Source: Flectonema sp. DT1601
Lineage: Eukaryota
NCBI GenBank assembly: GCA_964019425.1
Contig: OZ025790.1
Coordinates: 62,001 to 126,000, forward strand
DNA: 64,000 bases
Direction: 5' to 3'
This document shows positions 35,601 through 46,231 of this stretch, piece after piece. The stretch's first letter is position 1. Each line of letters starts with the position of its first letter. Under the pieces are notes generated by a model that searched no databases, was not told where the DNA came from, and saw only the letters and a list, made by a program, of their open reading frames with translations. A program made the position numbers and the translations under genes.

Positions 35601-36423
35601 GATAAAGTCTCTCACCTTTTGATGCGACAACTACTCTGCTCTTCTCCAACAGGTAGGGTGTGATATCCATCCCAACCAGGACACCTAAATTATTAAATTG
35701 AATTTTCATAAACTTTCCAAAACGAGAACTGTTGTCATTCTTTGCAGTCTTTGCGTTACCAAATGACTCGAGAATGGGAGAAGCATTGCGGAGTTTTTCG
35801 TTTATGATGTGGATTGCTTGAAGATCTGCCTCTGATCCGTTCTGTTCTTCAATGACTCTAGTGCATAGCAATCCAAGGTATTCAACAATGATTTTTGCTC
35901 CTTCTGTTTTTCCAGCTCCGGATTCTCCCGAAATCAAAATAGATTGGTTTCCTCTGGTACGCATATCCCAGTAAGATTTATTAGCAATAGCCCAACTGTG
36001 AGGAGTCAAGTCGGTTAGGGGAGCGCCTTTCCATCCTCTTTCAATGTAATTTGCGGATTCTTCTTTTTGATACCTGGGAATGTCCCACTTGAAAGGGTTA
36101 ACAGCAATAGCTAACGACCCAATGTACGTGTATATTTTATCTTTTTTAAAACGATTTCGTAGAACTGACAACAATACAGCGACGTGCAACTCACTCAACT
36201 CCAACAGGTCATCGTCTTCACGTTGATCGATTCCTTCTAATAATTTATGAACATCGTAAGCAGGAATATTCTCCAATTCTTCATTATAAGGAGGTTCACC
36301 TTTTAGTGTATATTTATACCCTTTTGGACCCTCAATGCATTCTTGAACTACTCCGTTTTCCCATGACCGTTCAGGATGACGGTAAAAGATTTTAGTCTCG
36401 GGATATATGGGATGCGCTGACAT
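32629..36423 (-). CDS. Unconventional myosin heavy chain (motor domain, IQ-like neck, coiled coil, Gln-rich tail)
   Basis: P-loop GESGAGKT, switch I NDNSSRFGK, switch II LDIFGFE, plus FEQLCINLANE and VRCIRPN. First ATG at 36423 is preceded by ttttttttcttttcaaaacag. Confidence 0.96.
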   Translation of the reverse strand: MSAHPIYPETKIFYRHPERSWENGVVQECIEGPKGYKYTLKGEPPYNEELENIPAYDVHKLLEGIDQREDDDLLELSELHVAVLLSVLRNRFKKDKIYTYIGSLAIAVNPFKWDIPRYQKEESANYIERGWKGAPLTDLTPHSWAIANKSYWDMRTRGNQSILISGESGAGKTEGAKIIVEYLGLLCTRVIEEQNGSEADLQAIHIINEKLRNASPILESFGNAKTAKNDNSSRFGKFMKIQFNNLGVLVGMDITPYLLEKSRVVVASKGERLYHSFYHLAAGASPAQRELYLLGDSKDYKQLKIGGVLQIPGVDDSHEFSMVEESMKMLGFSDQEQDACWRVVAVCLHLSCIEFAEASDKAVLAPSDDDHLTKAATVMQIEPTSLKEILLYKTKTIRNETTKTPLTLAQAKNTKNSICMILYERQFLWIVQKLNESVSAESETDTWIGLLDIFGFENFTLNSFEQLCINLANERLQKHYNTYVYGKDLQECKDEGIRVSSEAVSFNDNQKCLDLVDGITSLLDDVCKVTKGDKMDDFKFRDRIVEKYGTDQRDRGSKRNAEGQIVVKRETPADYFDYDLRTPNEFAIHHYAGKVIYNIQNFVVKNTDILSDEITDAIRSSQNDCIRDLVPERDPDARSVVRQTISKTFKSSLIKLLATIDETTPNWVRCIRPNSLKKKDIFETPSVLDQLTCSGVVETVKTRQRGYCYRVPFKEFFSRHGVLGEHCSTPADSCASILRNLKIDKKFAQVGKTKVFLMVNAFHKTENEREKKLKNFVITIQKVARWRQSSVRVLDRKWQINSRKLQRLIQFINNRDNVIKEHYRKALGRLKEVHKKQREEMIRTEMTDRSVVTKSETSERFDYRKQEKDEVAPLWAAMLLRIVDIECDRRIIILGEEGAEFRSIAEEQIVDASDAIVRETTRKKREKLARKEARITLCLEEESDRKFIRNEEVQSRCDLREMWIPVNEKMQGLAKRIVKLNKDRDRKLWELQLLRDMKQKKAKKTLQVTVQEEHYLWSQHSTLSSSFSTIDQDDTLLSNNSSSSLYAQVTQQHQQHHRQQHQHQQQQQQHQQQQQHQQQQQQQQQHQQQQQHLHQNNYSSSNYYDTDSDSDEGFPSGFLVHADDQSRLPQPTRKVPVKTPARPGLRQQQPAPPQQSYASVRQQPHVEQPPTENFFTRGATSALGAVEARRQQERFYAASIPSTIITTADPNLSGVSSYDEYVNFWSDKYKVRKQEQSDHKERMSYYKSLLKGKKKRDTVNANTL

Positions 36424-39094
36424 GTTTTTGTACTGTTTTGAAAAGAAAAAAAAGAGTTTCTCACTAATAATCTTTTGGATAATATTCCTCAACTCAATTA
36501 GAACCCAAACAATGATATACGAAGTGAAGAATAATAAATACCCCTCCCCATCCTCAACAGATGATTCAATTCTGGGAAGAAGTCAACTACTTTAATCCGA
36601 CATAAAATAACATTTCCTCGTACGATAGATTGATAAAAGGGGTCTATTACATTACATAAAGAGTATCAACATAAGTAGACAATCTTGTTTGGATTGTAAA
36701 GAAAATATTCCTCAACTCAATTAGATCCAGAACAGTGACAACAGATGGTACTGTGAAAGAGATGACGTTCATTCAACGCGTAACACTTCCTCCACAAAAG
36801 ATAAGATAAAAGTTGTTATGATAGCTGTCAGGACATCTTAAAAAAAATATTTCGCAACTTATTAATTAAAAAGATCAGAAAAGGTTAATGTTGATACTTT
36901 TTTTTGAGGTGGAAAAAAAGTCAAATTACCAATAATGCCACAAGCAATACGAGGTCAGATCTGAAAACATAAAATCGACTCTTTTATTGTTTTGTATTGC
37001 GTTGTCTTCGTGTTGTGTTTGATAAAAACTCCACGCTGACAACTTCAATGATTTTGTAGAAATAAAGTCTTACGCTTCTCACAACAAAAGTTGTGTCCTC
37101 TTCGATACGAGGCGTTAGCGATCAGGTACAAAGTTTGATAAGAAATTTCGTAGTCAAAAAATCGGGGGAAAATATTTTCTATAATTCCTATAATTCCTAT
37201 AGAAAACTTATATAAAAACGACGGGCGATTTTTCTGGTAGACAAAATCCTTTGGGCGAGAAGTCTTTACGCCTTTCTCAAAAAAAAAGAAAACAGAAAAA
37301 ACAGCTTCCAAAGATAGAACAAATGTTTTTTTCCGCGACGTTGAAATTATATCAACTTGAAGAAGACTGCCATTCCCAATGTGTGATGCAGTAATTGACT
37401 TAGTGCACCACAAGGAACTAACAGAAAGATATCGTTCGCGTCGTCGTCGGATTCAATTAAACAAAAGGAACAAAAGGAATCCATTCTTTATTAAACAGCT
37501 TACGAAAGCTAATCAAAAAATAAAAAAATCATCTCTGAAACTCCGGTTGATGACGGTGACGACCATAGAAATTGCAGTAAGACATTCTTCTTCGAAAATG
37601 AAGAAGAGAAAGTTAACGTAAACAGGAAATAATTTGACGCAGCTGAGAAGATTTTGCAACCTCATGCAAGCCAACGAGAACCATCCTCCCCACAAGCTTA
37701 TTTGAGTTAAAAGGTTACTGAAATAATAACAGCTACTAAAGTGCAAACATAACTACCTAGATGACTGTATGTTGGGCGAATAGAATTATCGGTGGTCGAG
37801 GACTGACAGAAAAGCTTAACAAGAAAAGCTAAAGTTTTTTTTTAAAACCGACGATGTACAACCGCACAGACTCTAACGAGAAAAACTTCTCTTGAAAGCA
37901 GCACTGCGGAGTGACGCCACTTGAAAAGCCTGGTTAGCAATGTCAGCAAAGACACATTTTTGAAACAACCGAACTCACTCCCCGGGAATGAGCAACCACG
38001 ACCACTTTCTTGAAGATATTGAGGGAAGAGGGAGACTGGAAACAGAACAGTGAGGGTAACTTCTAATTGACAGTTTGAAAACAGCCGATTGGGAAACTAA
38101 TATTTTCTTCGTATGAGACTGCTGCTACAAAATATACTTTCAAAAAAAAAAAAAGAGGAAGTCAGTTGGTTGTTTTGCAGAGTGAAATGGTGTTATGGAC
38201 ACATCGACGCCGTTTCACAAAAAGAAAAAAAGAAAGAAAAGGCTTGCCGACATTCGAACGAACAATACCGACACCTTTAAAAAAAAAAAAAGGTCTTCAT
38301 TCGTAAACGGGAATCAATCGCTTTATACATATATATAAGTGAGGTAAGGGAGGTGAATAATAACAATTTTGTTTTCATCGAGACACGGCCTTTATCTATG
38401 TCAGCCTATCTCATTTAACGTATTCATAGTTGTAGCGTCCATAAAAAAACATGGGACTTAATATTTGCTAATTTCTTTTTCTTTTAAGAATCGTATCATG
38501 GCCTACGTATAGTTCTTTTTTTAGGGAACATTACAACTATGTTTACTGTTGTTGTTTACTGTTGTTATTAATTTCATTTTTTCAGAATGTTGAGTAATTA
38601 TCCAAGGTCAAGGAATAAAAAATAAATAAAAAGAAGAAGGAAAAAAAAAAAAAATACGGTTCCCTCTCTGTTGTCTGTACGCAAGTCGAAAAAAAAACCA
38701 ATTCAAAGCACCACGAAACTCACGTAAGGGGTACCTATGAGTGGTAAATTTACCAAAATGTCAATAAAAGACACAAGTGGGGGAGGCGGCATTTGTCACT
38801 AGCTTTATATACAGGTATTTGATGATATGAAAACCGTATTTAAAAGTTACGCACATCATACTTGTACCCCTTTAAAGGGGAATTAAAAATTAAAGCGGAA
38901 ATAAAGGGCTTTTAATATTAAAGGGCTTTTAATTAATTCCCCTTTATTTTCCAATTTAATGAAATAAAGGGGAATTAAAGGGGATTTAATGAATTAAAGG
39001 GCCCTTTATTTTAAAATTAAAGGGGATTTAATTCCCCTTTAATTTGGAAAAATAAAAATAAAGGGCTTTTAATGGTTTTTAATTAAAAAAAAAA

Positions 39095-39166
39095 TCCTCC
39101 ACCAGGACTCGAACCTGCAGCCTAGCGAATGCAAATCCACAATCATACCAGTGGACAACCAGCGTC
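39095..39166 (-). pseudogene. tRNA-derived sequence (Pol III A/B-box cassette) inside the TIR element
   Basis: GACGCTGGTTGTCCACTGGTATGATTGTGGATTTGCATTCGCTAGGCTGCAGGTTCGAGTCCTGGTGGAGGA followed by T10. Contains B box GGTTCGAGTCC, a paired T arm (CAGG/CCTG) and a tRNA-Pro-like D-loop (GGTATGATT). Acceptor stem is unpaired and anticodon stem is poor. Confidence 0.7.
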
Positions 39167-40691
39167 ACTTAAAAAAGTTTTTTTTTTTTTTTCTTTCCTA
39201 TATTCTTATTGCAGGAATTATCCTTGCAAGGAATTTCTCCTCAAAAATCGTTATTTCACAAGATTCTTCTCCCACAAAAATAATTCCTGATCAAGGAAAA
39301 AATTTTACTGGGGGTTTCCTTTGGTGATCTGGTAAGGAATTATTATTGTGAGGAATTTTTTTTTTGGAAATTTTTTTTTCAGCAAAAATTCTTGAGTTCC
39401 TCACAAGAATTTCGGCACGAGGTATTAAGTTGCTCGACCTTCGCTGTTTTTTTCGATACGTGATTAGTCCGTTAGAGGACTGTCGGTGTGAAAGGAAAGA
39501 AAGTCGGAACGGTGGCCAAAGATTAGTGAGTTGACTGAGTTGGTCAGTTACCAGCATGGTAGCTAGCGGTTTCCTTATGATGTTAAATATCGTTATGATG
39601 ATATAGTTGTATTTTACAAATCAAACTCAAACGCCCCCCTTCCTGGTGTTCGTCTTGGTGATTAATTCACAGTTGAATAACTCGATTCCGTACTGCACTG
39701 AATGACAACACGGAAAAAAGAGATGTGTATGCAGCTGAGAGGAATCGTAACTTCAAGTGCTTTTGCATTCTGAAGATTGCAATGGATGATATTTAAATCT
39801 GTCAGTGAGTATCAATTGGTGGGTAGACCACCGAAGTTACTGTGAACAAACCAGCGTGTCCAAAGCAGGCGTTCGTCTTGTATTTTACGTATAAAATCCA
39901 ACAGTTAACCCCCTTCAAGTTTTCAAGACAATATAATTATTAATTAAATACTCATGGGTTTTATAAAAAACTGTTGCGGTTACATAAGCAAGTGGTGCTC
40001 AACTATGTTCACGTGGTATTTATTTATCTGCAGTCATTTACTACGCTGCCGCTGACAGTCAAGATTGTCAGAGAAATACCTGGTCAATTTGACTTGACAT
40101 CATTTTTTCTCGCAATTTTAAAATAAAAACTTTCTCCTCTCTTTAGGCTATTACTACAAACTTTATTTTCAATCTCTCAAGACAAAAGCTTATGTGGGAA
40201 CAATTAGACAGGAGCATGATATCCAAAAGTTACATGTCTGAAATCATGGAGAATACATTCTTTCGGAGTTGCTTTAACCAGTAGAATCAGATGCGTGGTC
40301 CGTTCCGGTAGGACTCCCTTCTTACGAATGTGTGGTGCCTCGTGTTAGCGCTTTGGATAGTAATAACCATTGGCGGCGACTATGCACGGGGTGGCCAGTG
40401 GGTTTAATGAGGTTGTTGTGTAATCCCCTTCCATGGCTCTGTTTCGGCATGCTGGAAAGCGAAGCTCTGAAGTTTACTTCAGGTTAGTCTTGTAAGCCTA
40501 TCCTTCCGGTTCAGTTCTCGGCTTGGTTGATTCCCTCGATCGTCCCATCCAGGAGTTTGTGTGCATGGTGAGGCCCTCTGGAAACCCAGCCCAGCACAAG
40601 ACACCAGGCTCACGGCGAAGATTGGACCCGAAAGTAACCTTGCGTTCTGTTCTGTTGGCAAGCTCTCTGGCTGAGTGCGTTCGAAGTGAGT

Positions 40692-41591
40692 GGAATTGCT
40701 AGTTTGTTGGGTTATGTTCGTAGCAGCTTCACGGTGACGGCGGCCTTATTGAGAATTATCCCTGGTTGTTACATGTTGAAAGTTGCAGGTTAACTGTGGC
40801 TGATGCACGTAATGGTTGGGTTCTCAAGACTGGTTGCTTGCTAATGTGAATGCTGACGTTCGAACTGTTATTCGTAGCAGCTTCACGGTGACGGCGGCCT
40901 TATTGAGAATTATCCCTGGTTGTTACATGTTACGTAATGATTGGGTTCTCAAGACTGGTTGCTTGCTAATGTGAATGCTGACGTTCGAACTGTTATTCGT
41001 AGCAGCTTCACGGTGACGGCGGCCTTATTGAGAATTATCCCTGGTTGTTACATGTTGAAAGTTGCAGGTTAACTGTGGCTGATTCACGTAATGGTTGGGT
41101 TCTCAAGACTGGTTGCTTGCTAATGTGAATGCTGACGTTCGAACTGCCCCGACTTTCGAGTAGTTTCCTTTTCCGGCGTGTAACAATCCCGACTGACGAA
41201 AAAGGTTGGAGGAATTGCTAGTTTGTTGGGTTATATTCGTAGCAGCTTCACGGTGACGGCGGCCTTACTGAGAATTATCCCTGGTTGTTACGTGTTGAAA
41301 GTCACAGGTTATAGCGTCAAAATAACACTCGCGTGGGTGGTTGCTCTCTTCGGAAAGCATAACTTCAGACCCGTCAATTCGCGGCGCTTATATCTACACA
41401 CATTAATTAGTTGAACGAGTTCAAGTCACTTCCCTGCATAGCAGATCCGTGTCCTCTGTACTAACGCTATACTAAGTGTGACTGTGACTGATACACGTAA
41501 TGGTTGGGTTCTTTAAGTACTCAGGACTGGTTGCTTGCTGATGTGAATGCTGACGTTCGAACTGCCCCGACTTTCGAGTAATTTCCTTTCC
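40692..41591. repeat. Modular internal repeat array within the TIR element
   Basis: Module ttcgtagcagcttcacggtgacggcggcc... at about 40717, 40871, 40996 and 41236. Module cgtaatggttgggtt...gctgacgttcgaactg at about 40808, 40932, 41087 and 41496. Module ccccgactttcgagta at about 41147 and 41565. Confidence 0.9.
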
Positions 41592-44367
41592 GACTTAGGA
41601 TGACGCAGCGTGGTGGGTGCCTTGGGATTTAATAAATAAAGCGGAAATAAAGGGGCTTTCCCACCCCCCTTTATTCCGCTTATTTCCCCTTTATTTCCCC
41701 TTTATTTTGGAAAAAAAGGAAAAAAAGCCCTTTATTTGGATTAAAAGCCCTTTATTTCCCCTTTATTTTGGAATTACGGAAATTAAAGGGCATTAAAAGC
41801 CCTTTAATTTCCCCTTTATTTTGCCCCCTTTAAAGGGGTACAAGTATGGCACATATTAGATTATTAAGAATATTGTATTTGGAAAAAAAAAATAAGATAG
41901 TGAAAACATTAAATAAATTGTACTGCTGCCGTATAATAACTAGTGGAAAACGTAGTTTTCAGCGAGTCCAACAAACCACCGAGTAAATCGGTTAGAATGA
42001 GTTTACATAAAAAAAGTGCACCAAATCAAAATATAAAACAAAACAAGAAAAGAATTGGCAAAACTTCACTTTTTACATTACTCACTCACACTTTTTATTT
42101 TGTTTGTGCGCAAACCGATACTAAACCCTAATAAAGGAATGCTAGTTACGATATCACGATTCTCTTTCTACCGAACAAAAAAAAAGAAAAGTTATAAAAA
42201 CACAATTGTTCCGCTGTTAAGTTAGTTTATTGGAATACCTCGTCCCTCTAAGTTCTAAGGGACTTTATTCCAGTTTTTTTGATAAATCGGATTTATCAAT
42301 TTGGTCTATTTCAAAAGAACTGATTTCTTAATGTCCATTCGGAGCTCTCCAGGACGGGTTAGCAATTGATCAGCTGAGTTATCGGTTTGTACTATATGAA
42401 ATTATTTTTAAAAAAAAAAAAAATACATTTGAGATAGTGAGAACATAACACAAGTTGTACTGCTGTTCCGTATCACTGTCGACTGTCGAAAACGTAGTTT
42501 CCGGCTAGTCCAGTTTCGGGCAGGTAGATTTCTCAAATAAAACCCAGGTAGCTCTTCAAAAGTAGTTCAAGATGGTATAACACGTTATTAAATATTTAAC
42601 CAAAGCACAACTTACTACTAACAAAAGAATTGTGGGTATGACACAGAGAATCTTAAGCAAGCACGGAGAGCGACTATTATTAATATTTGCGAAGTAAGCA
42701 GCGAAATCGTCGCCAATAAATGAGATTGCTGTAAGTAGATGTACTTCTTTTTCCCCCTTTTTTTTTACCTTCCTTAATTTTTTTTGTTTCGAATTAGAAA
42801 AAAAAATAAGGAAAAAAGATAACCGTGTGAGCAACCTTCACATATTTAGCGTCTCAACGTCTTTATTAATACTTTTTAAAAAAAAAGAAAAAAGAAAATA
42901 ATAATTAAAAGTTCAAAGCAATTTAATGAAGTGAACTGTTTTGCTTTGGAACGTAAAAGTTAATCAATTAGATAACAAAAAAAAAAGTAAACTAGCTGTT
43001 TTTTTTTTCTTCTATCCTGACATTGTACTGAAGGTCATTGGTAAGGAGGGCTGATGAGATCAGCACAACAGAGTATTTACCAATTTATTTTTCACGTTTT
43101 TTTTTCCCCAAGTGCATACAAAGCACTCCACTTCAAACTAATAAAAGATGTTGTGTGTTGTTCTGCAGTATTCAGAAAACAGCACTAATCAATCAGCGCT
43201 ACCCGAGGCCATCACCCAAAGTGATGGTCTCCGCAAAGTATGTAACATTTCACTCTCTGTATGGGGGTTTGGCCTCCTCCCAAGGAATTTCTTTCAAAAA
43301 AAAAAAAAAAAGAAACATAATAAAAAGAGGGAAGACGGAAAAAAAAAACGAAGAAATTTTCTTGACTAAAGCGAAATATGATGCAATGCGAAAGGTCGAG
43401 CGAACATCATATGAGAACTGCAGCAATTTTTTGTCAACATACCAAGTGTGGAAAGAGTTTTTACTAAGTTTTTTTTTTCCCCTTTTTTTTTTTTTTCTGC
43501 GAATCCGTGGTAGGGGGGTAACTGGGAATTATAGAAGTTGCCAACAGGAGAATCGGCCACCAAGTTGCAAAAAAAAAGAACCATTCAGACAACCCAGCCT
43601 TATATTTTGTTGATAGCAGACAGTTGTTCTGACGGAACAGAGATTAACTGTCTGCTTTTTTGTACGTAAAATACAAATGTATTGTATCATAAACAGGTAC
43701 AGGGGGGATTAGTTAGTTGACATCATAAATATCGGCTCTTAATCTGAATAGTTTTGAAAAAACCACAACAAAAAAAAAAAAAAAAAATAACAAGAAAAAA
43801 ACTGAAACATCAAATAACAAAAATAAATAAAAAGAGAAGTCCATTTTCATTGCGAACTGAGCATCCGTTGATGCCAGCAAACTTCAGAGATGATCGAAAG
43901 AGTGGAAATAAATAAAAGAACCAACTCATTCGTGTGTTCTGCCAAAGTTAAGTGATAATGACATAATATATATAAAAAGAATAGCGGTAGAATAATTGTG
44001 AGTAAAAAATTAAACTAATTCTAACGAGTCGATTAAACGACACCCACACATCCATTCCCCTGTTGTCTAGCAATCGCTCTAAGCTTCTTGCTACCAAAGA
44101 GGAACAAAAATAAGGAGGGGAGGGGAGGGGGGTTAACTGTTTGGGCATACTTATAAGGATATAAATATATTGTATCGAATCAAAGCTAACTAATATAAGC
44201 AATTAGTAATTTATGAGACAGGGCGAAAAGAAACGAAAAAAAAAAAAAGAGAAAAAAAAAAGAAAACCCCCCAAGGACAAAAGGAAAATTTTAACCGATG
44301 GGCAAATTTCTTTTCACGCTGTTGATTTTCTTTTGTTCTTTTTTTTTTTTTTTTTTTGGGAAGGAAG

Positions 44368-44401
<34 letters not shown>

Positions 44402-44864
44402 ACTCATTTATAGTTTACTTTGTTGATCAACGACAGTAATGCTAAACGGTTTGTTTGTGCACGAAACCGTGAACCGACTTAAACTGATAAAGCTAAAGGA
44501 GGTTTACGTGTGCTGCCAACATTCTTTTTCGTTCTTACAATACTTGTTAAATGCAAAAAATAACGATTCTTAATCTGAATGGTGTTCTTTTAAAAAAAAA
44601 AAAAAAAAAAAGAATGGAAAAAGTATTTTCAATTCAATATAAACAAACTATAAATTGGGAAAAGAATATTGTTCTTCAGTTTTCTTTTTTTTTTTTTCCC
44701 ATTTCCTTAGTGATACTGCCCGACCTCTTCTGAGGTTGTACTTTTTCCATCAGCTCACCAAAGCAGATTTCAAAAATAACGAGTAATTTTCATAATGCTA
44801 ATTCGTAAACGAAAATCAGCAAGTCTCTTAGTTTAGTTAAAAGCTAAGAAACCCGCTTACTGAT

Positions 44865-45752
44865 TTACCGAGGTTTTAAAGGTGGCTGAGGGAACCCCGG
44901 ATTTGGCAGATTTGGCAACAAGTTGCCTCCAACAGTAATCATCTGTCTGCAGTCTGCTAGCGGAATGTAAAGTCCATTTTTCGGACTCGCTCCAACCTGC
45001 GGTCTAGGCCGTATTGGTTGTTGGGGTTGAAGATTAAATGCAGCTGAAGCAAGGTTTAACCCATTATTATGATTATTATTGTTACCGATATTAATACCAC
45101 CTCCACCAAGCGCTACATTTAAACCAATGTTACCGAGAGGTGCTGGATTCATGTTGGGAAACGCTGGAAGCATTGCCATCCCAACACCACTAACAGTATT
45201 CACTTGATGAAGTTGACCAACAGTTGGAGCACACGGAAAGGGAAGGTAAACTGGTCGCATTGGTGGTGGTTGGAATTTTACTTGTTCTTCTTCAATCTCA
45301 TCAGCTTTACCTTCGTCAACATCTTCCTTCTCAACTTCTTCACTTGGAGATGATTGAATTGCTGAAACAATTTGAGATATGACAGAGTCAGGTGTCAGTT
45401 CTGATTTTTGTGAAAACACAGGAGAGACTTTAACAATATTCAATTCCTCAACCTGATCAACATTTGGTGTAAGAGGAGTACCCCACTGTCTCGGTACATA
45501 TATCGGAGTCAAAGATGTCACCGCAAGCGAAGTTGCTCGAATCTCACGAAATCCAATCTCAGGCGGCAATAAAGTTGCTGCCGGATGTTTAAATTGATCT
45601 TCTTCCATACCTGGCAACTGACATAAGTCTGCGGCTCTGTCTAAAAGTGTGATCTCTCCCTCAACTTCCTCTTCCCAGTCTGGGTCAGCCATCATATCAG
45701 ATTGCTTACCCCAAGGGTTTCCAATATCAACAACAAGTGGATCAGATAACAT
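44865..45752 (-). CDS. Hypothetical 295-aa protein with acidic N-terminus and Pro/Asn/Gly-rich low-complexity C-terminus
   Basis: ATG-initiated ORF (AAAATG) on the cluster strand with coding-like composition. Confidence 0.75.
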   Translation of the reverse strand: MLSDPLVVDIGNPWGKQSDMMADPDWEEEVEGEITLLDRAADLCQLPGMEEDQFKHPAATLLPPEIGFREIRATSLAVTSLTPIYVPRQWGTPLTPNVDQVEELNIVKVSPVFSQKSELTPDSVISQIVSAIQSSPSEEVEKEDVDEGKADEIEEEQVKFQPPPMRPVYLPFPCAPTVGQLHQVNTVSGVGMAMLPAFPNMNPAPLGNIGLNVALGGGGINIGNNNNHNNGLNLASAAFNLQPQQPIRPRPQVGASPKNGLYIPLADCRQMITVGGNLLPNLPNPGFPQPPLKPR

Positions 45753-46231
45753 TTTATTAAATTGATAATAGTTCTGAGTTTTGAGGGAAAAAAACTCAAT
45801 TTTTTTTTAAACTTAAATATCAACTACCAGAATCATCTCAACTCTTCATTACCTAACTACCTGCCTCCATCAGTAAGATCTGAAGACTTCATTGTAGCAA
45901 ACCAACTGGTTAGTTATAATATAGATCTACCACCTACTATTGGACTCTGTTAAGAAAATAACTAATAAAGAGTGAATCAACCAGCAGAAGAAATAAAAAA
46001 CATATTTAGTAAGCACGGGTTCGAAAAGGGAGAGAAGGAAGTAAATTAAAAAAAACGAAAAAAAATAAAATAAAAAAACAGTAAAACTAATGGTGAAGTT
46101 GTGGATTTTTGTGTTTTTGTGTTGTTCCTTCTGCTAGAAAAGAATGAACAACAACTGGTTTAAATTTAAAAAACGTATAAAGTGCTTCCAAAAAAAAAAA
46201 AAAAAAACCGTAAATTTGAGAGGGGATATAT

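Larger units (their letters stand above)
38857..41848. mobile_element. Non-autonomous TIR DNA element (2992 bp), 24-bp perfect TIR, 6-bp TSD
   Basis: Left end CATACTTGTACCCCTTTAAAGGGG (38857-38880). Its exact reverse complement is at 41825-41848. GCACAT flanks both ends (38851-38856 and 41849-41854). Dense subterminal AAAGGG/CCCTTT motifs at both ends. No transposase ORF. Confidence 0.92.

Noticed and set aside
36481..36740. ~35-bp direct repeat aatattcctcaactcaattaga (36481 and 36703)
   Set aside because: A short local duplication with no further structure.
37045..38060. Possible decayed coding or transposon relic upstream of the myosin
   Set aside because: Short ORFs on both strands with no recognisable motif, TIR or TSD.
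40204..40686. Possible decayed ORF on the minus strand inside the TIR element (161 codons, 3 internal stops)
   Set aside because: No recognisable transposase or nuclease motif, and the stop depletion is too weak to call a pseudogene.
41455..41478. Spliced-leader-like string tctgtactaacgctatactaagt
   Set aside because: It matches only short pieces of the kinetoplastid SL, in permuted order, with no full 39-nt exon or GT donor. Compatible with chance.
43038..43613. 191-aa plus-strand ORF and similar Lys/Phe-rich ORFs in 42.5-44.7, 53-54.8 and 60.5-63.6 kb
   Set aside because: Driven by poly-A/poly-T runs, often with non-ATG starts and no protein-like composition. The 60477-61079 ORF overlaps the rRNA fragment.
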